Origin: a virus | Taxonomy: Duplodnaviria; Caudoviricetes | Direction: 5' to 3' (one strand) | Virus record (IMG/VR): IMGVR_UViG_3300030059_002600 | Location: 1-34,800 of that record | Length of the DNA stretch: 34,800 nucleotides | In this document: in pieces, positions 27,051 through 34,588 of the stretch | Position numbering within the stretch: position 1 is the stretch's first letter | Layout of the letters: every line of letters starts with the position of its first letter | Notes under the pieces: generated by a model | The model's input: only the letters and a program-made list of their open reading frames with translations | Databases searched by the model: none | What the model was told of the DNA's origin: nothing | Position numbers and translations under genes: made by a program

Positions 27051-27514
27051 TTTCGTAACATTTCTTTTATTTCTGATAGCTTCTGTCTAGCAACTTCAGG
27101 ATCGCCGCGCTGCTCAATTGCCTTTGTTCTATCAAAAGGAGAGTAAGCTGCAGTGTTGTGAGCTCCAGTCTTAACGCCGCACCATTGTTTAAATTTGTCA
27201 GGGTCAGGCGCATATCCCGTTTTTAAGTTTGCCAGGCCATGCTCTATTTGTGCTTTTGTGACGTTTCTAAGTTTTGATATCCATTCCGCCCTGGTTATTT
27301 GAAAAAGCTCATCATTTGCGACGTTTTGGGTCCATGAATGTCCGTACCATATTCCAAAGACAGCGAACATTCTCTTCAAAAGAGGGTCAGACCTGTGTGG
27401 AGAGCTATCCAAGCCGCTTGATTCTTTCGAGGATATCGATACTGTTTTGAGCCGACGGGCTAAGGCGTTTAGATGAGCCTGTGATTTTTGGTGCTCCGGC
27501 GATAACTTCGTCAT
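27047..27514 (-). CDS. Replication protein P-like helicase loader
   Basis: Downstream of the initiator. YGHSW...EW...L...T..QI..GL......P.P..F..WC. Confidence 0.72.
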   Translation of the reverse strand: MTKLSPEHQKSQAHLNALARRLKTVSISSKESSGLDSSPHRSDPLLKRMFAVFGIWYGHSWTQNVANDELFQITRAEWISKLRNVTKAQIEHGLANLKTGYAPDPDKFKQWCGVKTGAHNTAAYSPFDRTKAIEQRGDPEVARQKLSEIKEMLRK

Positions 27515-28115
27515 TCCATCTTTCTCCTCTTAAATAAACATCGGGGGCAGCTACGTACTGGATATCTTTGTTGGCGGTAAATGACTTAATACCATCAGTT
27601 GCAGCTTGCCTTTGTTCGGCTGTGAGTTTTTTCCATATTGCTTGAGAGTCTTTTCTTTTAATCTTCTTTGGATATATTTTATAAAAATCATCAAAACTAA
27701 CGTTTAGTCTGGTGGTTACACTGGTGGTTAAAGGTACTGATGGTTCTGTATGCCGTTTTTGGGACACCTTAGCTGTCCCCTTTTCGGGACTACTACATAT
27801 CCCGTTTTTGGGACTGCTTACGAAGCTATCCCGTTTTTGGGACTGCTCACCAGGCTCGGTTATTTGCCAAACTGTAATAGAACGGGTCCGCCCTACTTTT
27901 TTTCCAGTATTTTTAAGATAACCCAAAGATTCAAGCTGGATTAACCCAGCTATTATTGTCTTTCTATTTAGTGAGGTCTTGCTGTTTAAGGTTTGAATGG
28001 ATGGGTATGCCTGGCCCTCTTCATTGGCATAATCTGCCAGCGCCACCATGATGAACTTTAGCGACGACTTCTTAATGTCGGCTTTAAATGCACGATTAAG
28101 AGCGTCAATGCTCAA
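27405..28115 (-). CDS. Replication initiator (lambda O analogue)
   Basis: TTG start; winged HTH (LADYAN...AYPSI.TL...T.L.RKTI); internal iterons; C-terminal FDDFYKIYPKK. Confidence 0.88.
   Translation of the reverse strand: MSIDALNRAFKADIKKSSLKFIMVALADYANEEGQAYPSIQTLNSKTSLNRKTIIAGLIQLESLGYLKNTGKKVGRTRSITVWQITEPGEQSQKRDSFVSSPKNGICSSPEKGTAKVSQKRHTEPSVPLTTSVTTRLNVSFDDFYKIYPKKIKRKDSQAIWKKLTAEQRQAATDGIKSFTANKDIQYVAAPDVYLRGERWNDEVIAGAPKITGSSKRLSPSAQNSIDILERIKRLG
27752..27847. repeat. Replication origin iterons (4 copies)
   Basis: TATCCCGTTTTTGGGACTGCT exact at 27798 and 27827, with degenerate copies at about 27752 and 27776. Confidence 0.85.
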
Positions 28116-28170
28116 GGCTTAAAACCTGTTTTTATTGTTAGGCGTTGTTTTATAAAGATAACCATGAGCA

Positions 28171-28200
28171 AAGTTTAGTACAATCATACTTCTAATGCAA
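28171..28200 (-). promoter_or_regulatory. Early lytic promoter (PR-like) with overlapping operator 1
   Basis: TTGCAT-17-TAAACT on the minus strand; operator AAGTTTAGTACAATCATACTT at 28171-28191. Confidence 0.75.
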
Positions 28201-28217
28201 GTCGAAGATAATTCGTA

Positions 28218-28265
28218 AAGTTTTAACACGCTACACTTGCATTCGTTTTTCAGTCGTGCTAGTTT
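28218..28265 (+). promoter_or_regulatory. Operator 2 and repressor promoter (PRM-like)
   Basis: AAGTTTTAACACGCTACACTT at 28218-28238 abuts TTGCAT-17-(TGc)TAGTTT. Confidence 0.65.
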
Positions 28266-28272
28266 CTTAGGC

Positions 28273-28626
28273 ATGTCAAAAAATGTGTACAGTGTCGTCA
28301 TGACTAATAATATAAAAGAAACCTGGCAAGGTAAGGCCAAGAGGCTGCTTAGGCAGCGCCGTATATATCATGACGAAATTGCTGGACTGTTAGGTTTAAA
28401 AAAGGCAACTATCAGTCAAAAGCTAAATGGCAAAATCGGAACCGAAATGTCCGAAATGATTATCATAGCTAAACGACTAGGGATGACGGTCGATCAGCTA
28501 TTGGTGGACGACCCAGTTTATTCGGGCGAGCAGTCTAAGTCTGTTCGATTCATGCAAGAGTACGCGGACCTTTCGGAGGTGCAACAGGAAATGATATTAA
28601 AGTTGATTAAAACTATTCAAGATTAG
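28273..28626 (+). CDS. XRE-family HTH repressor without a peptidase domain
   Basis: HDEIAGLLGLKKATISQKLNG HTH; divergent from the replication operon. ATG 28273 coincides with the predicted +1 (alternative start 28300). Confidence 0.82.
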   Translation: MSKNVYSVVMTNNIKETWQGKAKRLLRQRRIYHDEIAGLLGLKKATISQKLNGKIGTEMSEMIIIAKRLGMTVDQLLVDDPVYSGEQSKSVRFMQEYADLSEVQQEMILKLIKTIQD

Positions 28627-28689
28627 TCTTTCACAAGCGCAACAAGTTGTAACTTAATAATAAAAAAAAACAATTAGGATGCGCAATAA

Positions 28690-28860
28690 ATGGATATTAT
28701 TGAAAGCAGAAACGAAGGTGAAAAGCTGTTACAAATGCATAAGGATAACCAGGCAAATGAAGTCTTGACAATGTATCGCGGCCTCGACGATGCCATGCAA
28801 GACGCTCTTTTGGATATGGTCCATGTTATAGCATGTAAGCAGAACCAGATTCACGACTAA
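28690..28860 (+). CDS. 56-aa protein resembling the repressor C-terminal helix (not in ORF track)
   Basis: AGGA SD; MDIIESRNEGEKLLQMHKDNQANEVLTMYRGLDDAMQDALLDMVHVIACKQNQIHD. Confidence 0.68.
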   Translation: MDIIESRNEGEKLLQMHKDNQANEVLTMYRGLDDAMQDALLDMVHVIACKQNQIHD

Positions 28861-28884
28861 AAGTTAAACCATTTCAACCCCCTG

Positions 28885-28955
28885 AAACCCGCTACATGAA
28901 AAGCGGGTTTTTTATTGCCTGAACTTTGTAAACCTCCGCAAAAAGGAGGTTTTTT
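28885..28955 (+). terminator. Two tandem intrinsic terminators closing the immunity operon
   Basis: AAACCCGCT..AGCGGGTTTTTT (28885-28913) and AAACCTCC..GGAGGTTTTTT (28930-28955). Confidence 0.85.
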
Positions 28956-29053
28956 ATTGTTTGGGCTTTTTTTTAAAATTCACCTAATTGTTTGGTACAG
29001 CTAACTTATACACGACATAATTACCTTAATTTGCCATATAAATACGATTTTGC

Positions 29054-29083
29054 TTGCAACAAAAGTATCAACACGCTAAACTC
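29054..29083 (+). promoter_or_regulatory. Early promoter (PL-like) with overlapping operator 3
   Basis: TTGCAA-17-TAAACT; operator AAGTATCAACACGCTAAACTC at 29063-29083. Confidence 0.75.
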
Positions 29084-29117
29084 TTGCTGTGTTTTAAGAG
29101 AAGTTAAGGAGATTAAT

Positions 29118-29255
29118 ATGAAGATAGGAACTGGCACAATTGAAGTCAAAAACAAACAAAGCGTTAAGGCTACTATTTTAAATGTCTTTTGTTTTATTTT
29201 GGCCTCTTGTCTTTTCGGCTTAACTTTGTCGTTAGCTATTTTAGGGGGTTTTTAA
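29118..29255 (+). CDS. Small membrane protein (45 aa)
   Basis: Strong TAAGGAG SD before ATG 29118; C-terminal TM helix. Confidence 0.7.
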   Translation: MKIGTGTIEVKNKQSVKATILNVFCFILASCLFGLTLSLAILGGF

Positions 29256-29256
29256 T

Positions 29257-29538
29257 ATGTCAAATGTTGCGCGAGATCAGTTTTTAGAAAACCACTCATT
29301 TTATGATCATGAAACAGATGCGGCTCAGGACCTGGGGGACGCCAGGTTATACGCCCGCGAGCAGTTGGTCCAGGCATTGCTGGCGGACGAGCCTATCTTC
29401 TTAGAAGGTCAGCGTTGGACGCTTGAAGAATTAATAGAAGAGCGTATCGAGTTTACTGACGATGAGTTGGATCATGAGCTGGCCAGAATAGATTATCAAA
29501 ACTTTGACGAGCCAGAAAATCACGGTGAAACCTTATGA
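29257..29538 (+). CDS. Highly acidic hypothetical protein (93 aa)
   Basis: SD present; D/E-rich. Confidence 0.7.
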   Translation: MSNVARDQFLENHSFYDHETDAAQDLGDARLYAREQLVQALLADEPIFLEGQRWTLEELIEERIEFTDDELDHELARIDYQNFDEPENHGETL

Positions 29539-29684
29539 ACGTTAATCAAGAAAGAGAGCGCCTGCAAGCTGAGATTAAACGGATAGAAGCTGAGACTGAA
29601 AAGGTGTTACTAAATATTGAGAATCTACGGGTTTATATAGCTTCCAATAAAACACCATCGGCAGAGGCTAGTAGTTATGTCTGA
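29535..29684 (+). CDS. Small coiled-coil protein, 49 aa (not in ORF track)
   Basis: ATGA overlap; ERERLQAEIKRIEAETEKVL. Confidence 0.6.
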   Translation: MNVNQERERLQAEIKRIEAETEKVLLNIENLRVYIASNKTPSAEASSYV

Positions 29685-29754
29685 CTTTATATATTCGATG
29701 GCTTTTATCGTTTTATTTTTTACCGCACAGTTTTTATCACTTTAGGAGAATGTT

Positions 29755-29919
29755 ATGAGCAAAAAAGTAAAAGAATTTGCACAAGGCCAAGCTGATTGTC
29801 GTGATGGTCTGGAGGAAAAACAACCAGCTACCAAATCTTATTTACGAGGTTACGGTTTTCAATATGCTACTGAGCAGGTGGCTAATCACAGGAGTATTGA
29901 GCATGCAGTCATCAAATGA
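29755..29919 (+). CDS. Hypothetical protein, 54 aa (not in ORF track)
   Basis: AGGAG SD; MSKKVKEFAQGQADCRDG...SYLRGYGFQYATEQ. Confidence 0.65.
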   Translation: MSKKVKEFAQGQADCRDGLEEKQPATKSYLRGYGFQYATEQVANHRSIEHAVIK

Positions 29920-30499
29920 AATCAATGAACTAGCTAAGGCCCTGTGCAGTTCTCAGAAGGTTATGAGTGGGGCCTCCAAGGACAGCACCAACCCCTTCTT
30001 CAAGTCAAAGTACTCGGACCTCAGCTCAGTCATACGAACTATTAAACAGCCTTTTGCTGATAACGGCCTATCATATTCTCAACACCCTATAAGCAGTGAC
30101 GGCATGGTAGGCGTGACAACAATTTTAATGCACACAAGCGGCCAATGGCAAAGCTCTGATTTTATGTTAAAGCCAGTTAAGGCGGACCCACAATCTGCTG
30201 GAAGCTGCCTAACCTATTGTCGAAGATATACATTAATGGCTCTTGCTGGCATACCTTCAGAAGATGATGATGCCAACTTAGCGACAAGAACTGTGAGCCC
30301 AAAGGCATCTTCTATAACAAGTGGCCAAGCTGAGCAGTTGCACGAACTGATTATAAAAACAGATACCGATTTGCCTGGGTTTTTAACATATTACACCAGC
30401 CGAGCAGGTATAGAAATGAAGGCGATTGAAGATCTACCTTCTGATCTATTTAGCCAGGCTCACAAACTTTTGCAAAAAAAACTAAACGAGGCGGCTTAA
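29903..30499 (+). CDS. erf: ERF-family single-strand annealing recombinase
   Basis: NPFFKSKYSDL, HTSGQW, GSCLTYCRRY and EDDD. The AGGAG SD supports a start at 29903 rather than 29777. Confidence 0.9.
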   Translation: MQSSNEINELAKALCSSQKVMSGASKDSTNPFFKSKYSDLSSVIRTIKQPFADNGLSYSQHPISSDGMVGVTTILMHTSGQWQSSDFMLKPVKADPQSAGSCLTYCRRYTLMALAGIPSEDDDANLATRTVSPKASSITSGQAEQLHELIIKTDTDLPGFLTYYTSRAGIEMKAIEDLPSDLFSQAHKLLQKKLNEAA

Positions 30500-31336
30500 A
30501 TGGAAGTCTTGAAAGTTACCCAGGGGTCGCCTGAATGGCTGAGAGCTAGACAAGGGAAATTAACTGGAAGCCTGGCCCCCGCAATGATGGGTTATGGCTA
30601 CAAGTCAAGAAGTGACGCAATGGAACAATTCTTAGGGCTATCGCCTGAAGAGGTGTTTGATGACTTTACCAGGAATCTTTTCGACAAGGGTCATGAAACA
30701 GAAAAAGTTGCGAGAGTACAAATTGAAAAACAACTAGACCAGCCTTTGTCGCCAGTTACAGCGACCAGGGACTATAACGGGTTACAACTCCTGGCCAGCT
30801 TCGACGGCATTTCTTTTGACCACTCTTTGGTCTGGGAGCACAAGTACACGACTAAAAAACCCGATTTTAGTAAAACAATACCTCATAGATATATCTATCA
30901 GCTTGAGCATAATATGTTGGTCTCTGAATCAAACGAGTCACTTTTGACTGTCACGTATAAAAACGAAATAACGAATTATCAATATGTCTCGGTTCCTAAG
31001 CGACGATTGGATTTAATTAAAGGATGGGAGTCTTGGCTTGATGACTGTAGCTCGTATGAGAGGACCGATATCAAAACTATCGATATTGCTAAGAAATACA
31101 TTTCAAAAAAGAACGAGGTCGATATTCTTTCGCAAGAAGTCAAGTTGCTGGCCCATCAACTTTATGACGAAGCAGGTAATAAAAATATGTCAGTTGGTGG
31201 GTTAAAAGTAAAAGTTTATCAAAATAGTAGTAAGCAATCAGCAGTATCTTATTGTAAGGCTCAAGGAATTGAGCTGCCAACAATACAAGGTGAGCAGTCA
31301 CTAAGGCATCGAATCACAATAAATAAGGATTATTAA
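30500..31336 (+). CDS. YqaJ/lambda-exonuclease family protein
   Basis: QGSPEWL..R...LTGS, GH..E, ASFDG, EHK and YQ. Confidence 0.9.
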   Translation: MEVLKVTQGSPEWLRARQGKLTGSLAPAMMGYGYKSRSDAMEQFLGLSPEEVFDDFTRNLFDKGHETEKVARVQIEKQLDQPLSPVTATRDYNGLQLLASFDGISFDHSLVWEHKYTTKKPDFSKTIPHRYIYQLEHNMLVSESNESLLTVTYKNEITNYQYVSVPKRRLDLIKGWESWLDDCSSYERTDIKTIDIAKKYISKKNEVDILSQEVKLLAHQLYDEAGNKNMSVGGLKVKVYQNSSKQSAVSYCKAQGIELPTIQGEQSLRHRITINKDY

Positions 31337-31540
31337 ATGTACGAATTATCAAAAATCGCCGAAGTAAAAAAACAAACAGGCTTGTGTGCCAGCTCGATAT
31401 ACAAGATGGCGGTCCTGGGAAAGTTTCCAAAACCAATTAAACTCGGAAATCGATCTAGTCGCTGGATAAGAGCAGAAGTTGACCAGTGGATAGACGACCG
31501 TATCACTGAACGTAACAATCAAGGAATTAGCCATGAGTAA
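31337..31540 (+). CDS. AlpA-family HTH regulator/recombination directionality factor
   Basis: EV...TGL..SSIY.....GKFPKPIKLG.RSSRW...EV..WI. Confidence 0.9.
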   Translation: MYELSKIAEVKKQTGLCASSIYKMAVLGKFPKPIKLGNRSSRWIRAEVDQWIDDRITERNNQGISHE

Positions 31541-31847
31541 AATAGGAATAAGTATGTCAATAGACGTGACTAAGCTAGACAAGGCTCGTTTTTACAAAGG
31601 AGAAAAAGGGACTTATTTAAGTCTTACCGCTTTTGTAAACTTGGACGAAAAAGATCAATACGACAATAATGGTTTCATCACCCAGGAGCTCTCCAAAGAA
31701 GAACGTGAGAATAAAAGCCAGCTACCAATACTTGGAAATTCTAAGATCTTTTTTGATGACCGCGAAAATTCAGGCTCTGGCAATACCCCACCAGTTCGGG
31801 CCGGTATAGAAACCAGCGAATATTTAGATGATGACATCCCCTTTTAA
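31533..31847 (+). CDS. Phage single-stranded DNA-binding protein
   Basis: IDVTKLDK, DQYDN.GFI, PILGN and acidic tail DDDIPF. Confidence 0.8.
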   Translation: MSKIGISMSIDVTKLDKARFYKGEKGTYLSLTAFVNLDEKDQYDNNGFITQELSKEERENKSQLPILGNSKIFFDDRENSGSGNTPPVRAGIETSEYLDDDIPF

Positions 31848-31852
31848 ACAAT

Positions 31853-31989
31853 TGCAGCTGTCTCCTGGTAGGCGAGTTGTGGCGTCGCAAAACAAGGCTT
31901 TATCCCTATAGCTGCATTTTCATTTTGGAAGGGAAATAGAGTCAACCACAACAAAGATAAGGCTGGCCTCATATTTTAAGGGGCCAGCC
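31853..31989 (+). ncRNA. Candidate structured RNA element
   Basis: Stem TGCAGCTGT/ATAGCTGCA, inner hairpin with a loop complementary to a downstream site, and a 10-bp GC hairpin at 31961-31989. Confidence 0.4.
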
Positions 31990-32017
31990 AAACAGAGGTT
32001 ATATACAAGGGATTGTG

Positions 32018-32092
32018 ATGATTAGTTTTATTATGCAAGGTTTATTAATAATTGTTTTGTTGCGTTTGCTTTTAGGTGAAATGTTCCCGTGA
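32018..32092 (+). CDS. 24-aa hydrophobic peptide MISFIMQGLLIIVLLRLLLGEMFP (not in ORF track)
   Basis: AAGGG SD; GTGA overlap with the next ORF. Confidence 0.45.
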   Translation: MISFIMQGLLIIVLLRLLLGEMFP

Positions 32093-32226
32093 GCAAATGT
32101 TGTGGAGCTCCTTTTTCTTTATTTATTAGTCTCAGCTTAAAGTGCTGCTCTGATTGTCATAAGTATTACCCGTGGCCGTTAAAGCCAAATCAGCCCCCGC
32201 TTTTTAGTAGTCGTCACGCATCGTAG
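32089..32226 (+). CDS. 45-aa zinc-ribbon protein (not in ORF track)
   Basis: GTG start; SKCCGAP...CCSDCHK. Confidence 0.55.
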   Translation: MSKCCGAPFSLFISLSLKCCSDCHKYYPWPLKPNQPPLFSSRHAS

Positions 32227-32234
32227 GAACTTAG

Positions 32235-32453
32235 ATGAATAATTCATTAGTAAACTTCAAACAATTACAAGAATTAACAGGCCTCTCAAGGTCGGGCGCT
32301 ATAAAACGTCATTTGAATCTAAACGGGATCAGATTTTTTGGTCACAAAGGGACAAATATTTATACTACTGTTGAGTTAATAAACTCAGCTGGTGGCCTGG
32401 TATACAGTGTTAATGAAGAAGTTCAGCCAGAGCAAATAATATTAGATCCTTGA
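32235..32453 (+). CDS. DUF4224-like excisionase
   Basis: LQELTGL.R...I.R.L..NGIRF; directly upstream of the integrase. Confidence 0.75.
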   Translation: MNNSLVNFKQLQELTGLSRSGAIKRHLNLNGIRFFGHKGTNIYTTVELINSAGGLVYSVNEEVQPEQIILDP

Positions 32454-32508
32454 ATCTTTTATTGTGCTGAGTTAAAGTCGGGATAAATTTAAGACCTGGC
32501 ATATTAGT

Positions 32509-33663
32509 ATGGCTGTTAAAAACCTTGGGGGTCGACCACGACTATTCGACCCATTGATACCCTCCCACATTGACCAGAACAAGATTCCGCAGGGCTTGCG
32601 GTATAAGCCGAAGAAAAAAGCATGGCGATACTTTTACAAGGACAGCCTGGGTAACTCATTCAGCAGGACTATCGGCAAAGAACAGTCTACTCTCAAACAA
32701 TTAGAATTGAGAATTCAAAGGCTGGCAATCGAAAAGCCCAATACCTTTAACTGGCTGGTAAATGAGTATTTAAAAGATGCCAGGTTTTTGGACCTTAAAC
32801 CCGCTACGCAAAAAAGTTATCTCGCCTGCTATAAGCTGATACAGAAACAAAGTGTCAAGCAGAAGTCCGTAGGTGCGCTCTTATTAAAAGACTTTAGCTC
32901 AGGACTCTGCCAGCAACTGAATTCCAACATTGCAAAACAATCCGGCCCCAGCATGGCCAATCACGTTCATAGCTTTTTATCGCTAGTTTTCACTTACGGC
33001 AAAAACTACAACTATTTGACCGTTAATCACGCGACAGGCGTGTACAAGGCTAAATGTAAACCAGCGCAGCAATGGGTAAACGATAAAACTTATAACGCGG
33101 TTCTTAATTATGCCAAGGCTAGAGCTTTAGTCTTGGCTAAAACAAAAGGTTCCTCTCCTGGGTATATATGGGTAATGATGGAGGTATCATACCTATGCCG
33201 ATTGCGAGGCATTGAAACTAGGACGCTCACTGAGGATAAGCTCTTAGCCAATGGCTTGAGGTGCGAGAGAACTAAGGGAAGCAAAAACAACGTCACGCTC
33301 TACAACGACCGATTATTATTTGCAATAAACAGCTCGATAAGTAGGCGCGATGAAATCTGGAAAAAACAAAAACGAGTTATTTCAAAAAGAGCAGAAGATA
33401 GGCTCATTATAGTCAACAATGAAGGCGAGGCAATATCTTCGGATGCTTTTCATTCTGCCTGGCAAAAGTTTATTAAGTTTGCAATAAATGACAAAATAAT
33501 CAGCGACAGCTCTCGTTTTTCACTTCATGATCTAAAAAGAAAAGGCGTTTCTGACACCCCAGGCAACAGCGCCGATAAAAAAGACGCTTCTGGCCATCGT
33601 TCCGACTCCATGATGAAAATTTATGACAAAAATGAGCCAGCTGTTCCCTGCGCGACAGATTAA
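32509..33663 (+). CDS. int: Tyrosine recombinase (integrase)
   Basis: Catalytic R (LCRLRGIE), K (TKGSK), HDLKR, GH and Y (KIYD); adjacent to attP. Confidence 0.93.
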   Translation: MAVKNLGGRPRLFDPLIPSHIDQNKIPQGLRYKPKKKAWRYFYKDSLGNSFSRTIGKEQSTLKQLELRIQRLAIEKPNTFNWLVNEYLKDARFLDLKPATQKSYLACYKLIQKQSVKQKSVGALLLKDFSSGLCQQLNSNIAKQSGPSMANHVHSFLSLVFTYGKNYNYLTVNHATGVYKAKCKPAQQWVNDKTYNAVLNYAKARALVLAKTKGSSPGYIWVMMEVSYLCRLRGIETRTLTEDKLLANGLRCERTKGSKNNVTLYNDRLLFAINSSISRRDEIWKKQKRVISKRAEDRLIIVNNEGEAISSDAFHSAWQKFIKFAINDKIISDSSRFSLHDLKRKGVSDTPGNSADKKDASGHRSDSMMKIYDKNEPAVPCATD

Positions 33664-33704
33664 AGTTTAGACAGGGTAAACTAAGGTTTCAACAGCCTTA
33701 ACTC
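33663..33704. promoter_or_regulatory. Two tandem operator-like 21-mers in the attP arm
   Basis: AAGTTTAGACAGGGTAAACTA and AGGTTTCAACAGCCTTAACTC; the second matches operator 3 at 16 of 21 positions. Confidence 0.6.
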
Positions 33705-33762
33705 TGATTAGCAAAAAAAGAAAAAATACTTAAATCCTGTATTGCATATTAAACACAGATGG

Positions 33763-33807
33763 CTGTTAATCAATGGGTCCCAGGTTCGAGTCCTGGTCGA
33801 GGAGCCA
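33763..33807 (+). other. attP core: 3' half of tRNA-Asn(GTT)
   Basis: Anticodon loop CTGTTAA, T-arm CCAGG-TTCGAGT-CCTGG, acceptor 3' strand TCGAGGA-G-CCA. No matching 5' half. Confidence 0.92.
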
Positions 33808-33815
33808 AGCATACC

Positions 33816-33847
33816 AAGGGTTTACAAGAGATTGTAAGCCCTTTTTT
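33816..33847 (+). terminator. Phage-supplied terminator for the reconstituted tRNA
   Basis: AAGGGTTTACAA-GAGA-TTGTAAGCCC followed by T6. Confidence 0.8.
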
Positions 33848-33864
33848 GTGCCTAAAAACAGCGA

Positions 33865-33888
33865 GGGGCTTAACCTGGGGCTTAACCT
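33865..33888 (+). repeat. Tandem 12-bp repeat, probable integrase arm-type sites
   Basis: GGGGCTTAACCT x2, about 60 bp from the att core. Confidence 0.65.
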
Positions 33889-33933
33889 CGATTTCTAAAG
33901 ATATAGCTTTTTTCCCTTTCCGAAATGTTTACC

Positions 33934-34143
33934 TCACCTAAACATCGGGGATACTTTAACGCTGTATATAATCGCCCAACCTTTTAAGCACCATGAAATC
34001 TTAAAATATCTCACTGTTACTTTCTCAGTCGGCAACATCACATCATCATAGCTAATACCTGTGCTGAAGTAAGCTGTAGGCAGCCACCCCCCAAAGACAG
34101 GCATACCAAACAATAAAAGCTGATTATCTTCTTTCTTAAACAT
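33934..34143 (-). CDS. Hypothetical protein (about 69 aa)
   Basis: Only sizeable ORF in the gap; start uncertain. Confidence 0.45.
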   Translation of the reverse strand: MFKKEDNQLLLFGMPVFGGWLPTAYFSTGISYDDVMLPTEKVTVRYFKISWCLKGWAIIYSVKVSPMFR

Positions 34144-34200
34144 AGTAAAAGTCCATCTTCTCTGAGACATAATTGGCCTTGAAAATAGAATGAAAAAGAC

Positions 34201-34252
34201 TTGCAATGGGTAAAGCGTTACCGTATACTTAACACATGGTAAATATTTACCA
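34201..34252 (+). promoter_or_regulatory. Strong sigma70 promoter with two GGTAA-N4-TTACC operators
   Basis: TTGCAA-17-TATACT; palindromes at 34209-34222 and 34237-34252. Confidence 0.8.
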
Positions 34253-34273
34253 GTAACTATAAAGGAATAAATT

Positions 34274-34588
34274 ATGTCAACGCGAGCTACTTACCAATTT
34301 GTACACGGATGTGTTTATGTTCACCATGATGGCTACCCGTCAGGCGCCGCTGAGTATTTCAAAAATGGAGTTAAGAATGTTGAGGCGTTTATCAGGGGCA
34401 ACTTAAAAGCTGAGTTGACTATGGATCACTCAATGCATCAAGATACAGATTATCAATACGACATTAACGATTTTAATGGTCAACTTGTTGCTAGAAAATG
34501 TCACCCCGATGAAGTGCTTGGACAAAGATATGATGTATTTTTTGAAGGAACCGTTAGCGAATTTATTACAAAATATGAGGTGAAATAA
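34274..34588 (+). CDS. Conserved-looking phage hypothetical protein (MSTR...YVHHDGYP)
   Basis: AAGGA SD; first gene after the promoter. Confidence 0.75.
   Translation: MSTRATYQFVHGCVYVHHDGYPSGAAEYFKNGVKNVEAFIRGNLKAELTMDHSMHQDTDYQYDINDFNGQLVARKCHPDEVLGQRYDVFFEGTVSEFITKYEVK

Noticed and set aside
27752-27847. Mini CRISPR array
   Set aside because: The period is only 24-29 bp, it lies inside the initiator gene and there are no cas genes; it fits iterons.
28119-28340. Possible cro gene (73-aa minus-strand ORF)
   Set aside because: It has no HTH, starts inside the repressor gene and runs over the promoters and operators.
29777-29902. N-terminal extension of ERF in the ORF track
   Set aside because: There is a good SD at ATG 29903, and a separate 54-aa ORF with its own SD occupies this interval.
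31853-31989. Self-cleaving ribozyme (hammerhead, twister)
   Set aside because: I could not find the core motifs (CTGANGA/GAAA; twister consensus), so it is kept only as a generic structured RNA.
33735-33807. Complete phage tRNA-Asn gene
   Set aside because: The upstream TCCTGTA does not complete the acceptor stem and there is no D-arm; only the 3' half is present.
33759-33941. 60-aa ORF in the track
   Set aside because: It is a translation of the tRNA fragment, terminator and arm repeats.
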